57,931 bases of DNA from an uncultured Bacilli bacterium (GTDB lineage: Bacteria > Bacillota_I > Bacilli_A > RF39 > UBA660): positions 1-57,931 of the forward strand of contig CANQEJ010000003.1 of NCBI GenBank assembly GCA_947594925.1, read 5' to 3'. Of the stretch, positions 8,781 through 17,965 are shown piece by piece (the first letter of the stretch is position 1; every line of letters starts with the position of its first letter). The notes below the pieces were generated by a model. The model had not been told where the DNA came from. It ran no database searches and saw only the letters and a list, made by a program, of their open reading frames with translations. The translations under genes were made by a program, and so were the position numbers.

Positions 8781-9551
8781 ATGAGAGATATTAAATTATT
8801 AACGGAAAATGGTGTTGATGTTAAAGCGAGCTTAGAGTTATTTGGAGAAATGGATATGTATGATGCCACTTTAAATGATTTTTTAGAGGGAGTTAATGCT
8901 AAACTTACCCGTTTAAAAAATTATAAAGATGTAGGTGATATGCCTAATTATGCAATTGAAGTTCACTCTTTAAAAAGTGATGCGCGTTATTTAGGATTTA
9001 CTACTTTAGCTCAAATGGCTTATGACCATGAACTTAAAAGTAAAGAAGGAAATAAATTCTTTGTAGTTCAAAATTATGATGCTTTAATTGAAGAGACTAA
9101 TAAGATGATAGATTTAGCTAAAAAATATTTAGAAGGCGCTGTTTTTGAAAGTAAGGATAGTACAAATTCTGATTCTAATGAGAAATCTATTTTAGTAGTT
9201 GATGACTCTGATTTAATTCAAAAGTTTATTAATAAAATATTCCATGAAGATTATAATGTTATTGTAGCAAGTGATGGCCAACAAGCTATTGATACAATTA
9301 AAAACCAAACTGGTGGAAAAATAGTAGCTATGTTATTAGATTTAAATATGCCTAAAGTAGATGGCTTTGAAGTTTTGGAATATTTTAAAGAAAATGATTT
9401 ATTTAAAAGCTTACCAGTTTCTATAATTACAGGTGATGATTCCAAAGAACGAATTGATAAAGCTTTTAAATATCCCATTGTGGATATGATAGTTAAACCT
9501 TTTAATGAAAGTAATATTAAAAGAGTAATAGAAAAAACAATAGGTAAATAA
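8781..9551 (+). CDS. Hpt domain fused to a stand-alone receiver domain (no output domain)
   Basis: Hpt motif EVHSLKSDARYLGF; receiver ILVVDDSDL...MLLDLNMPKVDG...IITGDDS...KPF. Confidence 0.8.
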   Translation: MRDIKLLTENGVDVKASLELFGEMDMYDATLNDFLEGVNAKLTRLKNYKDVGDMPNYAIEVHSLKSDARYLGFTTLAQMAYDHELKSKEGNKFFVVQNYDALIEETNKMIDLAKKYLEGAVFESKDSTNSDSNEKSILVVDDSDLIQKFINKIFHEDYNVIVASDGQQAIDTIKNQTGGKIVAMLLDLNMPKVDGFEVLEYFKENDLFKSLPVSIITGDDSKERIDKAFKYPIVDMIVKPFNESNIKRVIEKTIGK

Positions 9552-9612
9552 TTTTTACTTATTTTTTTATAATTTAAATTTTAATTTCATATGTTTATAT
9601 TAGGTGATTATA

Positions 9613-10707
9613 ATGAAGCAAAAGTATTTTGATATAATTTTGTTTTGTGCCGTAATCATGTTAGCAGCTTTTGGTTTGTTAATGATATATTCTTCTAGTT
9701 CTATTTGGGCTCAGTATAAATTTAATGACCCTTTTAAATTTATTAAAGCGCAAGGTTTATTTTTTCTAATGGGAATTGTTTTGATGGTTATTATTTCCAA
9801 AATTGATTATAATTTTTATAAGAAGAAAGCTAATTTAATTATATTAATTTGTTTTGCGCTTTTAGTGTTAGTTTTAATACCAGGGATTGGCACTGTCCGT
9901 AATGGTTCTCGTAGTTGGTTTGGGTTTGGAGGTTTAGGAATTCAACCTAGTGAGTTTGCTAAAATAGGTTTAATTATTTTTGTTTCAAAGTATTTAGCTA
10001 ATAATAAAAAAGAAATTAGAGATATAAAAAAAGGGGTATTTCCCATAATAGGGATAATTCTTTTATTTTTTGGTCTTATTATGTTAGAACCAGATTTTGG
10101 AACTGGGATGGTTATTGTTTTAACTTTAGTTTGTATTTTATTTATTTCGGGTGTTAAAGTATCTTTTTTTGTAAAGATTGGTTGTTTAGGTCTTTTAGGA
10201 ATAGTAGCTTTAATTATTATTGCTCCCTATCGGATGGCGAGAATAGTCTCTTTTTTAAATCCTTGGAGTGACCCTTTAGGAAGTGGGTTTCAAATTATTC
10301 AAAGTCTTTATGCTATTGGACCTGGTGGTCTTTTGGGCATGGGTTTTGGTAATTCAATTCAAAAGCATTTTTATCTTCCCGAGCCTCAAACAGATTTTAT
10401 TTTTTCCATTATATCAGAAGAGTTTGGTTTTTTAGGAGTATTAATTGTTTGTTTCTTTTTCTTTATTATCTTTTATCGTTCTTTAAAAATAGCTATGCAC
10501 GAAGAAGATTTATTTGCTAAGTATTTAGTGTTTGGTTTATCTTTTGGGATATTAATTCAAGCAATTTTAAATCTATGTGTTGTCGTTGGCCTTATTCCTG
10601 TTACAGGAGTAACATTGCCCTTTTTAAGCTATGGTGGCAGTAGTTTGCTTGTTAGTATGGCAAGTATAGGTATTATTTTAAATGTATCGAGAAATTGTAA
10701 AAATTAA
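9613..10707 (+). CDS. SEDS-family peptidoglycan glycosyltransferase (FtsW/RodA/SpoVE)
   Basis: About 10 TM segments; GSRSWF, QPSEFAKI, PEPQTDFIFS, LPFLSYGGSS. ATG at 9613 follows SD AGGTGA (the ORF track starts at GTG 9604). Confidence 0.9.
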   Translation: MKQKYFDIILFCAVIMLAAFGLLMIYSSSSIWAQYKFNDPFKFIKAQGLFFLMGIVLMVIISKIDYNFYKKKANLIILICFALLVLVLIPGIGTVRNGSRSWFGFGGLGIQPSEFAKIGLIIFVSKYLANNKKEIRDIKKGVFPIIGIILLFFGLIMLEPDFGTGMVIVLTLVCILFISGVKVSFFVKIGCLGLLGIVALIIIAPYRMARIVSFLNPWSDPLGSGFQIIQSLYAIGPGGLLGMGFGNSIQKHFYLPEPQTDFIFSIISEEFGFLGVLIVCFFFFIIFYRSLKIAMHEEDLFAKYLVFGLSFGILIQAILNLCVVVGLIPVTGVTLPFLSYGGSSLLVSMASIGIILNVSRNCKN

Positions 10708-10738
10708 ATTTAATACTTTACGAATTGTAAAAATCTTA

Positions 10739-10767
10739 TTGACATAAGAACAAATGTTTGATACACT
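10739..10767 (+). promoter_or_regulatory. Promoter (TTGACA, 17 nt, TACACT) whose spacer contains a LexA/Cheo-box-like site GAACAAATGTTT (10748-10759)
   Basis: Read directly. The Bacillota SOS box consensus is CGAAC-N4-GTTCG; this site matches the GAAC-N4-GTT core. Confidence 0.4.
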
Positions 10768-10797
10768 TTTTATATAATCAAATCAGGAGGGTTTTAG

Positions 10798-11688
10798 ATG
10801 AACGATACTATATTAATGCAAAAACAAACTATTGAAAATATGATTTATGAGATAAGAGGAGAACAGGTAATGCTTGATAGCGATTTAGCATTATTGTACC
10901 AAGTGGAAACAAAAAGAATTAATGAGGCGGTGAGAAGAAATCTAAAAAAATTTCCAGCCAGATTTTGTTTTAAATTAAATAAAAATGAATACCTTAATAT
11001 TTTAAGGTCGCAAAATGCGACCTTAGAATTAAAACGTGGGCAATATTCAAAATATCTGCCGCGAGTATTTACAGAACAAGGCGTAGCAATGCTTGCCACT
11101 ATTTTAAAATCTGAAGTTGCTACGAAAGTCAGTATTGCTATTATGGATACCTTTGCGATGCTGCGAAAATATATTTCTAATGATTTAATCCAGCAAAAAT
11201 ATATTAACAATTTAGTAATCAAACATGACAAAGATATTAAGCTGTTACAAGAATCTTTTAATAAACTGGAAGAAAAAAAGAAAGAAAATGAAATTTATTT
11301 TAATGGGCAAATATATGATGCCTATTCTAAAATAGTTGATATTTTAGAACAAGCCCAAGACAACTTAATTATTATTGATAACTTTGCGGATAAAACAGTT
11401 TTAGATATGATAAGAAGTTTAAAAATTAATGTGACGATAATATGTAGAAATAGAGGTTTACTAAAAGAAATAGATATAAATAAATATCAAGAACAATATC
11501 AAAATCTAAATAATGTCATTTATACTGATGATTTTCATGATAGATACATTATATTAGATAAAAGAGAAATATATCATTGTGGAACATCTCTTAATTATGC
11601 AGGTCGCAGAATTTTTTCAATTAATAAATTAGAAGATAAAGTTATTAAGGATAGTTTAATGAAACGTGTACTGGCTATTATAGAATAA
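10798..11688 (+). CDS. ORF6N (KilA-N-like DNA-binding) domain protein with an HKD-like C-terminal domain
   Basis: N-terminus IYEIRGEQVMLDSDLALLYQVETKRINEAVRRNLKKFPARFCF...FTEQGVAMLATIL is typical of ORF6N. The C-terminus has FHDRYIILDKREIYHCGTSLN, resembling PLD HxK(x)4D...GSxN with Arg in place of Lys. Confidence 0.7.
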   Translation: MNDTILMQKQTIENMIYEIRGEQVMLDSDLALLYQVETKRINEAVRRNLKKFPARFCFKLNKNEYLNILRSQNATLELKRGQYSKYLPRVFTEQGVAMLATILKSEVATKVSIAIMDTFAMLRKYISNDLIQQKYINNLVIKHDKDIKLLQESFNKLEEKKKENEIYFNGQIYDAYSKIVDILEQAQDNLIIIDNFADKTVLDMIRSLKINVTIICRNRGLLKEIDINKYQEQYQNLNNVIYTDDFHDRYIILDKREIYHCGTSLNYAGRRIFSINKLEDKVIKDSLMKRVLAIIE

Positions 11689-11724
11689 TATTAAATTATT
11701 TGAAATATAAAAATATATCTTTGG

Positions 11725-11775
11725 CAGGAAAATATAAAGCCAAAATTAACGTTATATTTTCCTACAGGAAAATAT
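11725..11775. repeat. Three copies of an AGGAAAATAT motif (two direct, one inverted) abutting the -35 of the ATPase gene
   Basis: caggaaaatat at 11725-11735 and 11765-11775. Inverted arm ttatattttcct at 11752-11763 pairs with 11726-11737. Confidence 0.6.
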
Positions 11776-11776
11776 G

Positions 11777-11805
11777 TTGATTTTCTAAAAATTTAATTAT
11801 ATAAT
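11777..11805 (+). promoter_or_regulatory. Promoter of the AAA ATPase gene
   Basis: TTGATT, 17 nt, TATAAT. Confidence 0.5.
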
Positions 11806-11822
11806 TAATTTAGGTGATAAAA

Positions 11823-13019
11823 ATGATAAAAAGAGAAACTTATTTATCTAAAATACGAGAATTTTATGATATAGATATAATTAAAATTATTACGGGAATT
11901 AGAAGATGTGGTAAGTCTACATTATTACTACAAATAATTGATGAATTAAAAGAAAATAATATTAATGATAAGCATATTATTTATATTAATTTTGAAGATG
12001 TAGAATTTTCTTTTATAAAAAATTATTTAGATTTAAATAAATATATTAAAGATAAAATTAAAGATAAAGGAAAATATTACCTTTTATTTGATGAAGTCCA
12101 AATGGTTGATGAGTGGGAACGAGCAATTAATTCATTTAAATCAACTTTAAATGTTTCAATATTTGTAACTGGTTCTAATTCTAAACTTTTATCTTCTGAG
12201 TTAGCTACGCTTTTATCAGGTAGATATGTTACTTTTAAAATTGCCCCATTTAGTTTTAAAGAAGTTGTGGAATATAAGGAAATTAAAGATAAAGGTGAAA
12301 TAGAAGAAGCATTTAATGATTACTTATTATGGGGAGGTATGCCCCAAAGGTTTGTCTTTACTACCATAGAAGGTATTCAAACTTATTTAAAAGATGTTTT
12401 TAATTCTATAGTATTAAAAGATATTATAAAAAGAAACTCTATAAAAAATGTAACATTATTTGAAAAAGTTATGGAATATTTAGCCTCTAATCTAAATCAA
12501 ACATTTTCACCAACTAATATGATGAGTGCTTTTGAAATAGAGAAAATTCCAGTTTCTTCCAAAACAATTTATGATTGTTTGAACTATGCTGAGGAAGCTT
12601 TATTAATGTCTAAAGTTTCTACTTATGATATTAGAGGCAAAAGGATACTGTCGCGTAAAGATAAATATTATTTAACAGATTTAGGATTAGGACAAATTTT
12701 AAATATAAACAAAAAAACACAGTATGGTGCTTATTTAGAAAATATTGTTTTTAATGAGCTTGTTTTTCGAGGATATAATGTAAGTGTTGGTAATAATAAT
12801 GGTCAAGAAATAGATTTTATTGCTACTAAACATAATCAAAAAGAGTATTATCAAGTTGCCTTTACTCTTTCTAATGAAGAAACAGAAGAAAGAGAATTTG
12901 GAGCCTTTGCTAATATTCAAGATAATTATCCTAAATATGTTATATCAACAGATAAATTAGATTATTCTCAAAATGGTATAATTCATAAAAATATTATAGA
13001 TTGGTTATTAGAAAAATAA
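11823..13019 (+). CDS. AAA-family ATPase (COG1373-like, AAA_14 + DUF4143-type architecture)
   Basis: Walker A GIRRCGKSTLL and Walker B YLLFDEVQ, about 400 aa. ATG 11823 follows SD AGGTGA. Confidence 0.7.
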   Translation: MIKRETYLSKIREFYDIDIIKIITGIRRCGKSTLLLQIIDELKENNINDKHIIYINFEDVEFSFIKNYLDLNKYIKDKIKDKGKYYLLFDEVQMVDEWERAINSFKSTLNVSIFVTGSNSKLLSSELATLLSGRYVTFKIAPFSFKEVVEYKEIKDKGEIEEAFNDYLLWGGMPQRFVFTTIEGIQTYLKDVFNSIVLKDIIKRNSIKNVTLFEKVMEYLASNLNQTFSPTNMMSAFEIEKIPVSSKTIYDCLNYAEEALLMSKVSTYDIRGKRILSRKDKYYLTDLGLGQILNINKKTQYGAYLENIVFNELVFRGYNVSVGNNNGQEIDFIATKHNQKEYYQVAFTLSNEETEEREFGAFANIQDNYPKYVISTDKLDYSQNGIIHKNIIDWLLEK

Positions 13020-13092
13020 ATTCATTACTAAAAAAGCTATTTTTTTAGAGTAAATAATGGTATGATATAAACTGACATTAAGGGTGGTTTAT

Positions 13093-14889
13093 ATGAAAGA
13101 TGCACTAGTAAAGAAGATAATAACTTTAAAAGATAAATTAAAAATACCAGATGATTATTTTGCTTATCAAGTTGGTTTAACTCCGCAAGAATATCATCTT
13201 TTAACTAAAAATGAAAGAGCTTTAAATACAGGAGAATTATTAAGAAGTTTTGAACTACTAGGGTTAGATAATTTATACGAGAAATATTGTACTATCGATA
13301 TGTCTGAAAATAAGTTTAAAGATATAAATTTTATTGACCCATTTTCTTTTAATTTTGGGAGTTATGTTGATTTAATTGCTCAAAAAAAGCCCAATAATTT
13401 AGCTTTATTACATATAGATTGCCTAGGTGTAGAAAGAAGATTTACTTTTAGAGATATTAGAGATTTATCAGCAATGAGCGCTAATTATTTTCAAAGTTTA
13501 GGGATTAAAAAAGGCGATAGAGTTATGCTTATTTTGCGTAATTCTTATGAGTTATGGCCTATTATTATTGGCTTACATAAACTAGGTGCTACTGTGGTAC
13601 CTTCTACCCATATGCTTAAAACTAAAGATATTGAATATCGAATTCAAGAAGCTAATATTACAAGTATTATATCTATTTATGATTATCAAGTTATTGACCA
13701 AATTGAAAAATGTTCTAATATTGATAAAATTAAAAATAAGATTTGTTTAAATGGTCGAAATCCTAATTGGTATAATTATGATTTAGAGGTTAGAAAATTT
13801 GGTTGTAATTTTAACCCCGTTTCTGTTACTAAAGATGATGCGATGATTATTTTCTTTACTTCTGGAACTACGAGTAAACCTAAAGGAGTTGTGCATAATT
13901 TTAGTTATCCTCTTGCTCATATTCCAACTGCTAAGTTTTGGCATGCTTCTAGAAAAGATGGCTTACATTATACAGTTAGTGATAGTGGCTGGGCTAAGTT
14001 TTTCTGGGGTAAGATTTATGGTGAGTGGCTTTGTGAGGCACCGATTATTGTTGATGATAATTTAGGAAAATTTAATTCCGATGATTTACTCCATAAATTA
14101 AGTAAGTATCAAGTTACTAGTTTTTGTGGACCTGCTACTACTTATCGGATGCTTTTAACAAGTGATTTAAGTAAATATGATTTATCTTCGATATCATCTT
14201 TTACAGTAGCAGGAGAAACTTTAGCAATAAGTTCGTATAATGAATTTTGTAAGCAAGTTAATAATGAAATTAGAGTAGCTTATGGGATGACGGAAGCTGC
14301 TATGTTAACAGGTAATTTTTATAATGAAAAAAATGACCCTGCTTCCATTGGTTCTTTTAATCCTTTATATGAACATCGTCTTTTAGATAATAAAGGAAAT
14401 ATTACGACCGAAGAAGGTCAATTAATAGTTAAACCAAAAACAGAAAATTTAGGAATTTTAATGGGTTATTTACAAGAGGGAAAGATTGTTTCTCCTTTAA
14501 AAGATGGTTTTTATTATACTAGTGATATTATTAATATTAATGATAATGGAAAAGCCGTATTTATCGGTCGTAATGATGATATGATTAAAACATCTGGATA
14601 TAAAGTAGCACCAGCGGAGGTGGAAGAGGTTTTAATGGAACTTCCTTCTATTAAAGAGTGTGCTGTTATTGGAACTCCAGATGCTATAAGAGGTATGGTA
14701 GTTACTGCTTTAGTTGTTTTAAATGAACAATGGGAAGAAAGTGCTGAATTAAAAGACCAAATTCAAAAATATGTAAAGATTAAAACATCTTCCTATAAGT
14801 ATCCGCGCCGCATAATTTTTACGAAAGAACTACCGAAAACAATTAGTGGAAAAATTGATAAAGGGTTAATTAAGAAGTTAAATTATTAA
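13093..14889 (+). CDS. Acyl-CoA synthetase (AMP-forming, medium-chain-like) with an N-terminal XRE-type HTH-like extension
   Basis: FFTSGTTSKPKGVVHN, VAYGMTE, YYTSDI...GRNDDMIKTSGYKVAPAEVEE, ISGKIDK. N-terminus FAYQVGLTPQEYHLLTKNERALNTGELLRSFELLGL. Confidence 0.85.
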   Translation: MKDALVKKIITLKDKLKIPDDYFAYQVGLTPQEYHLLTKNERALNTGELLRSFELLGLDNLYEKYCTIDMSENKFKDINFIDPFSFNFGSYVDLIAQKKPNNLALLHIDCLGVERRFTFRDIRDLSAMSANYFQSLGIKKGDRVMLILRNSYELWPIIIGLHKLGATVVPSTHMLKTKDIEYRIQEANITSIISIYDYQVIDQIEKCSNIDKIKNKICLNGRNPNWYNYDLEVRKFGCNFNPVSVTKDDAMIIFFTSGTTSKPKGVVHNFSYPLAHIPTAKFWHASRKDGLHYTVSDSGWAKFFWGKIYGEWLCEAPIIVDDNLGKFNSDDLLHKLSKYQVTSFCGPATTYRMLLTSDLSKYDLSSISSFTVAGETLAISSYNEFCKQVNNEIRVAYGMTEAAMLTGNFYNEKNDPASIGSFNPLYEHRLLDNKGNITTEEGQLIVKPKTENLGILMGYLQEGKIVSPLKDGFYYTSDIININDNGKAVFIGRNDDMIKTSGYKVAPAEVEEVLMELPSIKECAVIGTPDAIRGMVVTALVVLNEQWEESAELKDQIQKYVKIKTSSYKYPRRIIFTKELPKTISGKIDKGLIKKLNY

Positions 14890-14970
14890 ACTTCTTTTTT
14901 TGACATTATTTTGTGAATAAAAGTTTAAAATTATAATCATGATACTCATAGAATAATAAAGGAGGACATT

Positions 14971-17094
14971 ATGTTTGATAATTTTAACTTTGAAATAGCT
15001 AATTTATTTAAAAAGTGTGAAAAAGAAATGGCTATGTTAAAACATCCTTACGTTGGAAGTGAGCATTTAGTTTTAGCAATTCTTTCCAGTAATGATAAAC
15101 TTACAAAGACTTTAAATAGTTATGGAATAACTTATAATAATTTTAAAGAAGAACTGATTAATATTGTGGGTATGGGTAGTAAGAAAAGTGAAATAAAACT
15201 ATATACGCCTTTATTAAAAAGGGTTATTGAGGGAGCTTTAAGTGATGCTAAAGAAAATAATGGAGGTATAGTTACCATGACCCATTTATTCCTTTCTTTA
15301 TTAGAAGAATCTGAAGGTATTGCTATTCGAATTTTAATTAGCTTAGATATTAATTTAGATAAATTATATAAAGAATTACATAATACAAGTAAACAAAATA
15401 AAGAGAAGTTAACTATCTATGAAATAGGGCATATTTTAAATAAAAATGTTAATTTAAAAGAAAAGGTTGTGGGAAGAGAAAAGGAAATAACGCTTCTTTT
15501 AGAAACACTCCTGCGTAAGAATAAAAATAATCCTTTATTAGTTGGTAAAGCCGGAACTGGTAAGACTGCAATAGTAGAGGAGCTAGCCCGCCGGATTGAA
15601 ATGCAAAATGTTCCTAAAGAGCTTTTAGATAAGAAGATAATTATGTTAGAGATGTCTTCTTTAGTAGCAGGAACTAAATATCGAGGGGAGTTTGAAGAAC
15701 GTTTAAATAAAATTATTACAGAAGTAATTAATGAAGAAGATATTATTTTATTTATCGATGAAATTCATACTTTAGTTAATGCGGGTGGAGCTGAGGGTGC
15801 TATTGATGCTTCGAATATTTTAAAACCGTATCTTGCACGAGGTAAATTAAAATGTATTGGAGCTACGACAACTGAAGAATATGATAAATTTATTGCTAAA
15901 GATAAAGCTTTAGAAAGACGTTTTCAAAAGATATTTATTCAAGAACCAAATAAAGAAGATACCGAGTTTATTTTAAAAGCAATTAAAAAAGAATATGAAG
16001 AACATCACAATATCTTAATTACCAGTAAGAATATTAAAGATATTGTCTACTTAGCTAGTAAATATATTTATAATAAAAATAATCCTGATAAATGTATTGA
16101 TGTTTTAGATTCGGTGTGTGCTAAAGTTAAATTAAATAATTTAAATAAATTAAATACTTCTAAATATGAAAAAGAACTTATTAATATTGAGAAAAATAAA
16201 GAAGAGTGTATTATTAAACAAGATTATGTTAATGCTTTAAAAAATAAAACTAAAGCCGATAAGATTAAAAAAGAAATAGCTTTTAATAATAAAAATAATT
16301 GTAATAAGATTACGAAAAAAGATATATTACAAGTAATTGAAAATAAAACTAATATACCGGTTTTAGAAAATAAAACTAAAATATATAATCAATTAAAAAA
16401 AGATTTGACGGAAAATATTATTGGTCAAAAGAGAGCTATAGAACAAATTCTTAAAGATTTTAAAAACCATCAAAATAGTAGTAAACCTTTATCTTTATTA
16501 CTTTCTGGTCCGACAGGAGTTGGAAAAACTTTTACAGTGAAAACTATTGCCAAGTCTTTAAAAATTAATTTAATTAGATTAGATATGAGTGAATATAATT
16601 TAGATACTTCTGTTAATAAGTTAATTGGGGTTTCAGCTGGGTATGTAGGATATAACGATGATTATTTATTTAAACAAGTAAAAGATAATCCTTATTCTTT
16701 AATTTTACTTGATGAAATTGAAAAAGCTTCTCCTAAAGTAATTAATTTATTTTTACAAATTTTAGATGAAGGTTATATTACTACAGCTAGTAATGAACAA
16801 ATTAAATTTAGTAATACTTTAATTTTTATGACTTCTAATGCTAATGTTAAAAATACCATTGGTTTTTCTAGTTTAACTGTTGATAATAATTTTTTAAGTA
16901 AAGAGATAATAAGTAGAATAGATGATGTTATTAATTATGAAAGTATTGATAAACAAACAGCGAAGAAGTATATTAATTTAAAAAATAATAATTTAGATGA
17001 AGATAAGATATTAGAAAAATCTAATTATCAAAAGTATGGTTTTAGAGAGTTAGATAGATGTATTAAAGCATATGAAAAGGTTGCGATAAAGTAA
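14971..17094 (+). CDS. clpC: ClpC-like AAA+ unfoldase (Clp_N, two AAA modules, UVR-like middle motif, IGF loop)
   Basis: GSEHLVLAIL; LVGKAGTGKTAIVE / FIDEIHTLV; LLLSGPTGVGKT / LILLDEIEKA; NTIGFSS. At 707 aa it is shorter than typical ClpC. Confidence 0.75.
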   Translation: MFDNFNFEIANLFKKCEKEMAMLKHPYVGSEHLVLAILSSNDKLTKTLNSYGITYNNFKEELINIVGMGSKKSEIKLYTPLLKRVIEGALSDAKENNGGIVTMTHLFLSLLEESEGIAIRILISLDINLDKLYKELHNTSKQNKEKLTIYEIGHILNKNVNLKEKVVGREKEITLLLETLLRKNKNNPLLVGKAGTGKTAIVEELARRIEMQNVPKELLDKKIIMLEMSSLVAGTKYRGEFEERLNKIITEVINEEDIILFIDEIHTLVNAGGAEGAIDASNILKPYLARGKLKCIGATTTEEYDKFIAKDKALERRFQKIFIQEPNKEDTEFILKAIKKEYEEHHNILITSKNIKDIVYLASKYIYNKNNPDKCIDVLDSVCAKVKLNNLNKLNTSKYEKELINIEKNKEECIIKQDYVNALKNKTKADKIKKEIAFNNKNNCNKITKKDILQVIENKTNIPVLENKTKIYNQLKKDLTENIIGQKRAIEQILKDFKNHQNSSKPLSLLLSGPTGVGKTFTVKTIAKSLKINLIRLDMSEYNLDTSVNKLIGVSAGYVGYNDDYLFKQVKDNPYSLILLDEIEKASPKVINLFLQILDEGYITTASNEQIKFSNTLIFMTSNANVKNTIGFSSLTVDNNFLSKEIISRIDDVINYESIDKQTAKKYINLKNNNLDEDKILEKSNYQKYGFRELDRCIKAYEKVAIK

Positions 17095-17128
17095 AGCTTG
17101 TGCTATCCTAATTTTAGGAGGCTTTGGT

Positions 17129-17878
17129 ATGAATATTAAATATGATATCATCGATGGTCAAGTTCTTGCCAAAGATGAAAGAGATTATATAACTCATTTT
17201 AATTTAACTAATAATATTGATGAAATTTTAGAACTTAATAACTTAATTGAGGAAGTTCGTAAACAATTATATTCTATTACCGAATATAAAAATGTTTTTA
17301 ATAGTCCCGAAATGAAAGCTTTATTTAGTCGAGAAGATTTACTTAAGCAAGGTTTAAAAGGAATAGGATTTTTATCGGCGGCTGGTTTTGCGATATGTTA
17401 TGGATATTCTGAGTTTTGTCTAAAAACTTTTGGTGCTAATTTGGACGCCCCTATTAAAGCTTTATATAGAGAAATTCCGATTTTAATTGTGGGTGTATCA
17501 CTTATAATTATTAGTATTACTACCTATAGAATTCATTTGACCAAACGCAAGGAGAAAGAACTTTACTATAAAGTAGTGCAATATAAAGAAGAATTATTTA
17601 AAAAATATTTAAAGGAATTAGAAGAAGAGTTAGAAAACTTAGAACAAAAAGCAATAAAAGTTCAAAAAGAAAATGCTGCAGATATTTTAATAGATACAAC
17701 TAATTTAGATAAATGGCAAAAGTATTTAGATGCTTTTTCGCCTTTAATAGATAATATTTTACGTTATCAAAGATATTATAATAGAGGAGCATTAGATACT
17801 AAGTTAGCTCATGAATATAAGGATAATGAAGAAGTAATTCATTTAATTCGGGATTTTTATAAAGAAAAAAATTGTTAA
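17129..17878 (+). CDS. Hypothetical membrane protein with coiled-coil segment
   Basis: SD AGGAGG; two central hydrophobic segments; KEELFKKYLKELEEELENLEQK. No family recognised. Confidence 0.5.
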   Translation: MNIKYDIIDGQVLAKDERDYITHFNLTNNIDEILELNNLIEEVRKQLYSITEYKNVFNSPEMKALFSREDLLKQGLKGIGFLSAAGFAICYGYSEFCLKTFGANLDAPIKALYREIPILIVGVSLIIISITTYRIHLTKRKEKELYYKVVQYKEELFKKYLKELEEELENLEQKAIKVQKENAADILIDTTNLDKWQKYLDAFSPLIDNILRYQRYYNRGALDTKLAHEYKDNEEVIHLIRDFYKEKNC

Positions 17879-17885
17879 AATGCTC

Positions 17886-17914
17886 TTGCAACAGCTAAAC
17901 TTTTGTGCTATATT
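17886..17914 (+). promoter_or_regulatory. Promoter for secE-nusG
   Basis: TTGCAA, 17 nt (ending TGc), TATATT. Confidence 0.55.
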
Positions 17915-17965
17915 GTAGTTAGCACGAAAGAGTGTTTTTATTTTGAATTAAAATGAGGGAGTTAT

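Noticed and set aside
10691-10734. A 12-13-nt direct repeat (g)aattgtaaaaat, at the end of the SEDS gene and again 18 nt downstream, considered as an att/target-duplication scar for the ORF6N-ATPase islet.
   Set aside because: It is very short and AT-rich, the two copies are adjacent rather than flanking the islet, and no matching copy was found at the right boundary (13020-13092).
14890-14970. Looked for a CtsR operator (tandem GGTCAAA heptads) upstream of the clpC-like gene, and for mcsA/mcsB.
   Set aside because: No GGTCAAA repeat is present in the 81-nt upstream region, and no ctsR/mcsAB genes are in the window. No regulatory call was made.
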